Part shown: positions 1 through 11,100 of the stretch, one piece after another | How the letters are laid out: every line of letters begins with the position of its first letter | Position numbering within the stretch: the stretch's first letter is position 1 | Assembly: GCA_950097015.1 (NCBI GenBank) | Contig: CATNEN010000038.1 | Coordinates: forward strand, 18,662,001-18,726,000 | DNA from: Macrostomum hystrix | Lineage: Eukaryota; Animalia; Platyhelminthes | Direction: 5' to 3' | DNA: 64,000 bases | Notes under the pieces: generated by a model | Told to the model about the DNA's origin: nothing | The model's database searches: none | The model's input: the letters and a program-made list of their open reading frames with translations, nothing else | Program-made: the position numbers and the translations under genes

Positions 1-72
1 TCCTCACTGGCTGCGGGGTCTAGTGTCACTAAATGATGTGCCATTGTCCGCACCCCTCCTGCAATTATTTAT
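1..72 (+). mobile_element. SINE family A, 3' end
   Basis: Matches 53507-53575 (ctggctgcgg..tctagtgtcac..tgatgtgccatt..cgca.ccctcctgcaatta). Confidence 0.75.
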
Positions 73-139
73 ATTGTTTGTATTATAATTATTTGAGATA
101 GAATAGAATGCTGCGCATTATTCTATTCCACTCCGTCAG

Positions 140-2620
140 GTTTTCCATCGCGAACGCGGGTGACATCGCCACAGTCAGCAAGTCGCTCATCATGTCGCAC
201 ATTCTCAAGCCGGAGGTGCTCATCCTGGTTGTGATTCCGTGCAATGTGGACGTCGAGACGGTGGAGGCGGTGTCACTTGCCCGCGAAGTAGATCCAGAAT
301 GCAAGCGCACACTCGGCGTGCTGACGTGCCCGGACCTGGTGAACCCGGGCTCGGAGACCGAGGTGCTAGCCATGATGAGAAACGAGCGACTCAAACTGTC
401 CAAGGGCTTCGTGACGGTGCGCTGCAGAACTCCGCAGCAGCTGAAGGAGAACATGAGCCTGCAGGAAGCGTGCAAGGCTGAGGAGGAATTCTTCAAGCAG
501 CATCCGCACTTTCGTAATCTGGGCGAGTTCCAGCGAGGCTCCAAGACGCTGGCCAACAAGCTGAGCGTTGAGCTGTACCAGGCGGTGAAGGACCGCATCC
601 CGGAGATGCTAAAGGAGATTCAGGTGACCCTGAAATTCGCACTAGCCATTGATTGAACGCTGACGTACCCAGAAGACAAGGAGGTGCTTTTTTCGATTCA
701 CGCAGGTGAAACGTGACGAGTACATGGTCCTGCTGGAAGCGCTAGGCGCCGGTCCGCCCGAGTCCGAAGCCGAAATGAGGCACCTCCTGGCGTTCATGAT
801 GGAGGAATTCAAGCTGGAGTTTTATAACACGGCCAGCGGCATGCACTGGCATGAAGAGAGCCGCCTGTTCGGGCCTTCTCGCAAGCACTGGGAGATTCTC
901 GCCGACGACATTGAGAGATGCGCCTTCTCTGACGCGCCAGAAAGTAAGAATGGGAGACAGCAGCGAGGCTAGTGTTTTTTGCGCCAAGTTTTCTTATTCC
1001 CGCGGTAAATTGTCCTGGAAATTTTCAGACAAGGGCCTGATGAAGATTCTGGAGGAAGAAGTGCTGAACCAGAGAGGTCGTGAGCTACTCGGCTTCGACA
1101 ACATCTTCCCAGTGCTGGAGCGGCTGGTCTGTGTACACTTTGTCGCCAAGCTGCAGCCATACACGAACACATTCGTGTTGTCGGTCACCCAGGAGGTCGA
1201 CCAGACGTTGCGCACTCTCTCCGACCGCATTTTCGGCCAATTTCCTAGCCTCAACAGTCACATCAAACAGGAATTGGAGGCTATTAAGACTAAAAAGCTG
1301 AATAAAGCCCGGAAGCAGATAAACCAGATTCTGCAGGAAGAGAAGTTCATCTTCACCCAGGATAGAATCTACAAGCGAGAACTGGAGTAGTAAGCTTCGT
1401 GTTCAAGGTGGGGGAGTGGCAGAGCAGTTATGTACCTTCTGGCGCCAATGTCCCTGAGCTCGTTTCTGCAGGCGTGTCGTGCCATTTTTCGCACTCGATC
1501 GATGGCCAACCTCCAAGGCACAGTGAGAGTGCAGTACACTGCCTGACGATGAGATGGTCAGGCCAGATAGATTTACATATACCTTTGTGAGTGTGTTCCA
1601 GTGCCCACAGCCCTCATACAAATAATATAGCCGCATGCTTTCTTAGAGAAGTTTACAAACTAATTCTTAGGAGATACTATAAAAATGGCAACACGATACA
1701 ATTGGTCTTGCTTTGGTTTGCTTTGGCCTCAGTGCTTGGACATTTTAGAAGAGGCAGAATAGAGCACAGATTAAATATCCACTAGATGTGTCACTTACCC
1801 CGTTTCCGCTCGCTGGCTGCCACAAAGACCCAACCTTTTGGCCATAGACTATTTGTCTGCGAGTTGTTTACCAAGCTGTCGTGTTTATAAACTTAAAAAC
1901 AGTTGAGTCAGCTTTAAAAGTTGTGAATATATTTAAGCGGGAAGTGTTAAGCAGAAGTGTCTATGGCCAAACCTCTGGATTTTCGTGGGCGGAAGAATCT
2001 TGCTTGAGTGACGCATCTAGAGGATTTATCATCTGTGGAATAGAGTGAGCTATAAGAGTAAAAAGTGCAGTTACGGCCATAGATAAAACGACATAGACAT
2101 AGACAAAAAGGGCTCAATTTTAAGCAATTTTTTTATAACTGGCAAGGGAACTAAATATATTGTGTGCCAGCAAGCCTGCAACATGGTTTCCTCAGTTCAT
2201 CATTTCAAGCTGAGAGCACATTAAACGGAACATTTTAGCCCCAGCAACGAGAAGCTGCAGACGAAGAAGTCGCACGTGAAACCGGGCGATCCGGAGGCCG
2301 CAGCCACGGCGCTGAATCGGGCCACCTTTCAACGGGAGGTGGCTCAGCAGAACGCGCTGACTGTGCTAGAAGGCGCCGAGGCCTACGTCCGCGTCGCCGT
2401 CCGCCGCCTGCAGGACATCATCCCCATGACGGTGGTGTTCCACATGCTGCACGGCATGGCCAACTCCGTGTCTCATAGGCTTGGAGTAATGCTCACCGAG
2501 CCTCAGCCGCTGTACGACATGCTGCAGGAGGAGAACCCCGACACCGGTTCGCGTCGACATCAGCTTAGAGAACTGCTCAGTCGGCTGGGAATTGCTGAGC
2601 AGGAGCTGACCAAGTTCTAA
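140..2620 (+). CDS. Mx: Mx-like dynamin-superfamily large GTPase, 5'-truncated by window (end of G domain, stalk, GED); exons 140-623, 706-943, 1029-1389, 2239-2620
   Basis: Translation aligns by eye to vertebrate Mx: LVVIPCNVDVETVEA..AREVDPECKRTLGVLTCPDLV, KGFVTVRCR, FFKQHPHF, RGRELLGF (MxA RGRELPGF), FTQDRIY, AYVRVAVRRLQDIIPMTVVFHML and a C-terminal GED ending AEQELTKF. No PH domain or PRD. All three introns are GT-AG and preserve frame. AATAAA overlaps the stop (2619-2624). Confidence 0.92.
1410..1605 (+). mobile_element. SINE family A, degenerate copy in Mx intron
   Basis: gagtggcagagc head and ccaaggcacagtgagagtg..cactgcctgacgatgag body shared with 53257, 32835 and 60291 copies. Confidence 0.75.
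1765..2037. mobile_element. MITE (273 bp), long imperfect TIRs beginning CACAGAT, 8-bp TSD; P/hAT-like non-autonomous DNA transposon
   Basis: TSD GAATAGAG at 1757-1764 and 2038-2045. TIRs cacagattaaatatccactagatgtgtcact / agtgacgcatctagaggatttatcatctgtg. Internal inverted pair ttggccatagac / gtctatggccaa. Confidence 0.85.
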
Positions 2621-3415
2621 TAAAAACTAATCCTTGGACTGTTTGCCGTTGAAGTAATTAAAAGCAATTTGTTTTTCTGCTCGTGAATATAGCTTTGCCG
2701 GCCAATTATTGAACGATTTTTCACGAACCATATCATATTCAATGCTTGGTGAATGTTAGAATCTTAGACTGTGAAGATTATAAACCCTATTGAAAAAAAT
2801 ACTTTTAGTTTACCCCATGAACCTGCAGCATCCCTTTTACGCTTAAAATTTCCAAAAAATTTTGTGTGTTGTTCTTTGAAAATATTTAATGTATTACTAT
2901 ATAGTATATATTTCTTAATCGTTTTTATGCATCTACAGACACTAAATACATCAGAGCACAATGATACGACTATTAGGTCACTTCTACTAAAAGGTGTGAT
3001 TTCTAAATCAGCAGCTTTTACGAGCCTATTCTGCAATAATTTTGCTATCTGACTTAATCATATGTATAGCTACATCGAATCATTGACCACTATAGTAGTT
3101 AGCTTTGTTAAAACGAATTCCCCAAAGGACTGGGGCGCGGATCAGTTTCGAAAAACTCTACCGCTGAATTTTAAGATATATTTAACCGAATTTATTAAAA
3201 ATTTAAAGCGATTCGATTTAGATTATTTTATACGGATATCAAACATAGAAATTAGTAAATAATTAGTAAATAAGTAAATAAATGGATAATAAATATTTTA
3301 ATAAAAAAAATAATATAAAAGCTTGCAGTTTGTGAGCAAATAGCAAAAGTGACAATACAGCCATTGGGACTCATAGGCAAAAAAATATATTAAGTCAGTA
3401 GGAAAAAAGCTTTCC

Positions 3416-3557
<142 letters not shown>

Positions 3558-5183
3558 TAGCTTTAGTGTAGTATAAATTACTAGGCCTAGTATCGAATGG
3601 GTCTACAATCAAAATAAATATCGATAAATATCGATACCGAAGCGAAATAAACTACTCATTACGAGTAGTACAATTCATAATTAGATGATTTTTTAAAAAG
3701 ATGACCGGCCTCACGATTAATTAAAAATGAAATGATCGAATCATCTACTTACAACATAATACTTTTTCCATCACAAGATAATCATCTGTGAACCTTTTTG
3801 GACATGCCTAGATTATTGCTATGTCGCTTAAAATTGTAACTCTATATATTTATTGTACTGTGTTGAGGTGATTAACATGAGTGTTGATGTTGAGTTGATC
3901 TGACAGAGGTGAGGCGAACGTTCCCTTTACTTTATCCTATGCGCGCCATACTCGCAACTTATTATCTTATCATCAAAGCAATTACTTGCAATAAATGCTT
4001 ATTCCAAAGCAATCTTTAAATCAAAATTATATCCCGCTCCATTTCATCTTAAAATATTGGTTTTAAATTCTTCGTTGGACTTTGATTCGATGCTGCATGC
4101 TTCTCTGGTTGAGCCTGATTCATGTCAATGACATTAACCTTCTAAAAGTCTTTAGAGTGAAGTGGGGTGAATTGATATATACACGTTTAATCAATAGTAT
4201 ACCCCAAATTGAATTCTTTGTATTTTATTTATCGCGTATCTATTGTTTTAACGACAATTGTTGCAATATTAACTAAAACAAACTGATAAAAAGCATTAAA
4301 TAGCTACCTGTTTGTCACAAAATCTTTGCAATTAAAAGAAACTAAATTTAAATTTTGTTTACTTTCAAAACTTGAAATTTTGTCTTGCTCAGGACTATGT
4401 TAGATTCTACTATGCACAACCAGGTTCAACTTCGCTTTTTGACATATTTTAAAAATTAGCTTGAATAAAGCGAGCGTGTAGCTGCAAATTTCTTTTTTGT
4501 AATAAACTTTGAGGCTCTTGCTAATACTGTTCTGAACTGGACGCTGTTTTAATTATTAACTGAGAGAATTTATTCTACTTTTTTATTTTATATCTTTTAA
4601 ACCAAGTAACACTAAGAATTCGGCATCGCACCCTAAAGGCCTGGCCGGCTAAGGTCTGAACTGAACTTCACTACAAAACAAGAGTCTATTTCAATTAAAA
4701 CCAAACAAACATCCTTTTGGTTCTGATTTGTGTCTTAAGCGGCAAATAAACGGTTATTAGCCATATTTTCTAAGATCGCAGGAAAGAGGATAAAGCATAT
4801 TATTTGAATTATATTGTTCTGCAAAACTAAGGACTTAATATTTAAAGCAATTTTTTAATGTTGAATTAGTATATATATTTTGACAACTTGTTGTAAGTGT
4901 TTAATATAGGTTATAAAGTAGGAAGCAAAAAACTTGTTTCTTACGTTTTTATTCTTTACAAATGGTTCTCTAAATTCAGAAGAACTAAATAAAAAGAAAT
5001 TTTGTTAATTTCATTTTGAAAAATAACTTTTAAAAACTAATTCTGATTAGAAAATGTGTTTTGATTTGCCTTCACTTAAAATAAATGCATTTTATTTAAA
5101 ATAAATCAATAAACTAATAACTTAAAAGAATAAGCTTTCTAAAAAGCTAGTATACATATTTGTAAAATTAATTTCAGAAATAA

Positions 5184-8100
5184 ATGACTCAGGCAGAATT
5201 TAGCCAAGGCATTGATCTGCCGCATTGTTCTGCCTATGATGCGTACAAGACATTGTTAAAAGGCTTACTACTAAATGAGTTTCCCTGCGGATTGGGTGAA
5301 TGGGTATGTTCAACGCTACGTATATCTGTTTGGGTTTTAAATAAAAATGTGAGGCAGAAAAAAACTCATGAGAACAGAAAATGCTTGCATTGTCATGAAT
5401 TTTACTAAACACGCAGCGTGAAGACCACAGCCTGATTCAATCAGAGTTGGCCAAGGCTAGAAGCAAAGGCCGCAGTCTGGGAACTATCAAGCCGAATTTG
5501 ACAGACTATGCTTCCTCTGTGACGCTCAAAGGTGAGAGGAGCTCTTTATTTTTGGCTTATATAATTTTATCTATTCGTGAGTGTAATTTCATCTCCAGCT
5601 TAGAGCTTTAGAGCTTGGGACTTATGACGGAGAGGTCGGGAGTTCGAATCTCAGCCAAGGGGAAAACGTATTCTTGAAGACAAGACAATTTATTTCTTAC
5701 TGCTTCAGTTCATCAAGCTGTAGAATATTGACGTAATCTGGAGTTTTATTAGATAAATAAAAAATACTTTTAAAAGTTCTGAAACAGTAAATCCAAATAA
5801 GGCTGGGCGTTTACGAGTAGCATCCCTCAAACTTTAAATAAGGTATTTTCTGGCGCATCACAATGTGGCAAACTTTATCCCAACAGTAGGTTTTTCAAGC
5901 ACTTTTTAAAAAAAATTTGGGCTAATGATCAGGTGTCGGGATTACAAAATTCTGGGCTTGTCAAAGCTGCTCGAAGTTTGGACGTTTTCGTTGCGATGGT
6001 CACATAGCGGCAACTGAGAACCTTAGATTCAGATTTTTCATCCAGTCAAAGATGGCGTGGGGAAGTAAGAGGAGGCAATCAGACAACTTGACTTCAAAAA
6101 GTCAGCGAAGGCGTGGGGTAGAAAATTCGAGGCAATCAGACAGTTCAACGTTGGCCAATCAGCGAAAGCGTCGGGTAGAAAACGTGGGGGGCAATCAGAC
6201 GATTCAACTTTGACCAATCAGGGAAGGCGTGGGGTAGAAAATTTGAAGATCAAACAACTCAAATTTGGCCAGTCAGCGAAGGCGTGGGGTAGACGATTTC
6301 AGGCTATCCGACACCTCCACTTTGGCCGATCAGCGCAGGCGTGAGATAAAAAGCTGTGTATTTAAATGGAAAATTAACCATTTTCCCGCGCCCACAACCT
6401 ACAGATGTGAACCCGGGCGCTGAGCGCATTGAAACCCTGGGCGAGTTGGCCCGCGCCAAGGAGTCACCCTGGTGCCAGACCTGCGACTGGACCGAGGAGG
6501 GCGGCAGATTGCGCGAACTGGCTATAGCCGAGCCATGGACGCTAACGCAAAATCGGGTGAACTCGCTGCTCAGGACGCTGAAATTGCACGATAAGAATGT
6601 AAGATAACATAATAAGCACTATCACACCCGTTATTTTATAGTCGGCTGTCATCTAATCACCTGAAAGTTGAACTCTAATTTATGCCATATTTAGGTTGAC
6701 GAAATCGATAAGTGCATGAAGCGACTTTGCAACCTGGAGGAATTGACTCTCAGTGCCAACTATCTGACATGGATTGACGGCCAGAACTTGCCTGCAACCC
6801 TGAAGGTATAGGTTTGCTTGTCACAGTCTTTGATAATGAACGCAGAAAAATTACTTTACATTTTATTAAACTAAACAACCGCAGGTGCTTGAACTTCATG
6901 GCAACTTCATCGAAGACTTAGCTGGCCTGCTGCCTAAACCGCCGCCACAGCTGGGGCATCTTGGAATCGGGCGAAACAATCTGAGTTTTATTGGTGACCA
7001 TCTGAATGGCATCTATTGGTGAGGCGGCTTTCAAATTGATTGCTTCTTCTTCAGTCAGTTTTATTGCGAAACAGAAGTGCGAAGTGAGGGCATTAAATTC
7101 CAGCTAGCTAAATGATTCTATAATTAAATTGTTTATACATGCATCTGATTTCACTTTCACTTTCGGTGATTGGATAGTCAACTCAACGACGTATGTCAAC
7201 TACTTTCTACCCTATGTCCTTGTTAATTGGTCTGTTTGCCATCAATTTCTACCCCACCTCTTCGCTGATTGGCTGAGGTCTGTTGTTGTATAATCACTTT
7301 TTTTCTACCCCACACCTCTTTGCTGATTGGCTGAAATTTCGGCTTGTCGTCTATTTCTATCCTGCGTCTTCACAAATCGGCTGTTTTAATTTAGTTTACC
7401 CTTCAAACTCGTTCATTCTGTCGACAAAACTCTGATCGTGTATTTGCATCGATTCGTTACCTAACTGACGATACGCAGAAAAAAATTAAAGCCGATTAAC
7501 ACATTTACTCTTCCAGTTCTAGTTGCTAATGTATTCAAAATCTCTTAAAGAAAATTGGAGCTCGACAATGCTGTGAGACTAACAAAATTTCCTACTTTAT
7601 TAAATTCCCGACCTTGAACCAATATTATATATTATTCTTTGTTTAGTGGCCTTTCAAAAACAAATTTTGCACTTTCCAATTCAAAACCGCTTAAGTTATA
7701 TGCAGTAGATTATTTTTCTATGCTTTTCTTAAAGACCATATTTTGCTCCTGGGGAAAGACCACGGGGAAATTTCAAATACCCACTGCCTACTTCACGATA
7801 TCTCCCAAACCGATTTTCGATTAAGTCTACTATATTTATCAAAATTTAACGCCCTTCTCGATGAACTAACTTTCAAATTCAACTGACGTCAGCACTGTCG
7901 AGATATTCAGAGACCCTAGTGACAAGGACAACTTAAATTGCTCTATATAAGCTTCTATGGCGATGTTTGAATAATAGAGGTTGTAGCCTAGTGGTTAGGG
8001 CGTCGGACTCAGACTTGAAGGTCAGGGGTTCGATTCCCGACTCCACTGAAACAATTTGTGCCCTTTAGCAAGACACTTAACTCTGCATTGCTTCAGTTCA

Positions 8101-11100
8101 CACAGCTGTTACTCGTAAATGGGTACCAGCATTAGCTGGGATTATTGAAGGTGGGTGTGGCGTCCCCCCAGTCCATGGACTGAACAGCTGTACGCAGTCT
8201 TCAGATGCGCCGCGCAATAGCTGCTGCTGTGCTGTCGGCTGCACATCTAGCCCTATTGGGGCAGGTGCCGTAATCAATTATTAATTTTTATTATCATTAT
8301 TTGAATAATATAAAATTTTGAAATAAAGTCAATACAATGTAGTCAATACAATCGCTGACGTGGTTGCATGATGCCATTTTTTAGCAGAAAATCGAGCCTA
8401 TATTAGTGGTTCTTGCCGACGAGAATCGTTGAATATCTCGACGATGCCGATGTTTGCGATTCTGGAAGTTGTTTCATCGGATAGAGCGGAAAAGTTTAGC
8501 CCGTTCACAGAGTTGTCATGGCGATTGGTCGAATATTTTAGGGGATAAAGAAAAAAGAAAAAAAACACGATATTTATCTATAGCTTTAGTTGCACCAGAT
8601 CGAACATATTGCAAAGTATTTGCTTTCAGGCCATGCCTATTATCGCTGGATCTGAGCTACAATCACCTGGCTGATCTGAAGGGACTTCTAGAAAGCCTGG
8701 CAGGCTTGCCAAAGCTCAGGTCACTAGTTTTGGCTGGAAATCCACTGGCTGTGAGACATATTTTTACATATTTTTAGCTTCTTATCTGGTTGCTACAAAG
8801 GAAACTCCTCTGCTCCAACCAGCTGACTCCTTGGTACCGCGGCTACACAATCGATCACCTGAGGAAACTGCTCAGCCTGGATGATAGCAAAGTTAGCCCT
8901 GACGAGAGGCACTATTATAAAGGCATGGTTAGACGCAGAGGTGAGAACTTTTCGATTGTCTTTAATTATCAATAGCTAACAATTGCATCAGTCGCTTTGT
9001 GTAACTCTCGGGTGTCAAAAAAACTAATAATTGCAGAGTTCATTCAGGATCAGTGTCAGCTGCAGATAAAAGTGCTCTCACTGAAGAATCTACCTGTGCC
9101 TGCTGAAGTCTCCGTAAGAATTGCTTGAGCTGAGGCGTAGTCAGGATTTTTTATTGCAGGGGCGCCACCAGGTAGCGTCATCAGGGATTTGGGAGCGTAA
9201 TCGGGGATTTGGGAGCGTCACAAGAGATTTGGGAGCGTCATCTGGGATTTGGGAGCGTCATCTGGGATTTGGGAGCGTCATCTGGGATTTGGGAGCGTCA
9301 CCTGGGATTTGGGAGCGTCATCTGGGACTTAGGAGCGTCATCTGGGACTTGGGAGCGTCATCTGGATGTGTGGCGACAGTTCCCTTATGACAAAAAAACA
9401 TTGCGAAAAATTTTGTGAAAGTTATTTTCAATAGACGGGATGTGAATGATCTGAGACACAACTCCAGGCCCCAGACGAGTTTCCTGAGTATCCGCTGATT
9501 GTGCGAAAGTACTACGTCAGATTCTGGCTGCCCTTCGAGGACAAGGAAGCCACCGAAGCTGCCGCTGCTGCCGTAGCTAGCGGCCATCCTGGAGGCGACT
9601 TCTTGTCTGGCGACGAAGCTACCGCCGCTGACGGTCTCGAAGGAAATGGAAGGCTGAGAAAGTCGACTGGGTTTATGTCCGATGTAAGTCCGGTGGTTGG
9701 ATTTTCGGACTCCTAACTGTGCCTTGAGCAAGACGCTTAGTTCTCATTGCTTTGCTTAATTCCCATGTCAACGGGTGTTCATTCTGGTGCTCCATCAACC
9801 AGAAATCCAGCATCCATCAACCAGTAATCCAGCATCCATCAACCAGTAATCCAGCATCCATCAGTCTGCAATCCAGCATCCATCAATCTGCAATCCAGCA
9901 TCTATCAATCTGCAATCCAGCATCCAGAATACTGTTTCAGTCTGCAATCCAGCATCCATCAATCTGCAATCCAGCATCCATCAATCTGCAATCCAGCATC
10001 CATCAGTCTGCAATCCAGCATCCATCAATCTGCAATCCAGCATCCATCAATCTGCAATCCAGCATCCATCAATCTGCAATCCAGCATCCATCAATCTGCA
10101 ATCCAGAATCCATCAATCTGCAATCCAGCATCCATCAATCTGCAACTCAGCATCCATCAATCTGTTACTCAGGGCCCGTCTTGCCACCCATTTTTCACCG
10201 CCCTCTCAGATTCCAGAGGAGCCCATAGACGATCAGCAGCGCCTCTCCGCTTCTTTACTGGCTGGTGCGAGCGCCGCCGCCGCCACTGACATCGCCGCTG
10301 CTCGGAACATCAACGGCACCCTCTGCCAGCCAGTCTGCTCCAGTCAGCGAAGCTACGCGGAGTTGACGACGGCAACACCGCAGGCCGATCCGGCAGCAAC
10401 TGCCGCCACGATCGGCCAGTTGAACTGGGAAGGCCAGTTGACCTGCAGCAACCTAAGAGAGATGCGTGATTTTTTATTGCACGACGTACAAGTGGAAATT
10501 ATGGAGGACAAGGTGAGAATATGACCATGAAATGCTTGTCACAGCATTTTTTCAAATCGCTTTGAAATCTTCAGAAGCAACAAAACAAAAATACTGTTTC
10601 AGAGTTTGTTGTATCCTCCGGATCAGCTGCCACAGGAGGGCCAGGATCATAAGGCTGGTCAGGATAAGAAGGTACGAGTATATTTGTGTTATATGATGGC
10701 TCTGGGATCCGATGTTGTGATCATCCGATCCGGTGGGTGTCGATTGAGGTAAAGATTGCAAGCTTAAAATCAGCCAATTAGACGCGATCTCAGCATGCGA
10801 TCTAAAACAAAGAGTTTTTCGCCGGCTTGTAATAAGAGGCTATTAAATGAGCCTGGGGTGGGGGTTGAATGGGGTAGAAAAGAACATGTCCAATATCAGC
10901 CAATTAGAGCTCAGGAAACGATCTGCAGGGTAGGAATTTTCGCCGGCTTGTAGTAGGAGATAAGGCTATTAAATTAGCTTGGGGTGGGGGTCGAATGGGG
11001 TAGAAAAAAAATAATATCAGCCAAATAATCAGCCTAAATATCAGCCAATTAGAGCTCAGGAAACGATCTGCAGGGTAGCAAGATAGGAAAGGTTATTACG

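Noticed and set aside
1388-1390. Apparent premature TAG in Mx
   Set aside because: It is TA|GTAAG, a phase-2 donor; splicing to 2239 gives TAC (Tyr) in frame.
5990-6003. RFX X-box-like GTTGCGATGGTCAC in a ciliary gene (also ~15041)
   Set aside because: Three mismatches to consensus, intronic and single; could be chance.
7977-8050. tRNA gene (also 33020-33094, 53257-53330)
   Set aside because: A/B boxes are present but the cloverleaf is imperfect and the sequence continues into a repeated SINE body; the 7977 copy also has a tail and TSD.
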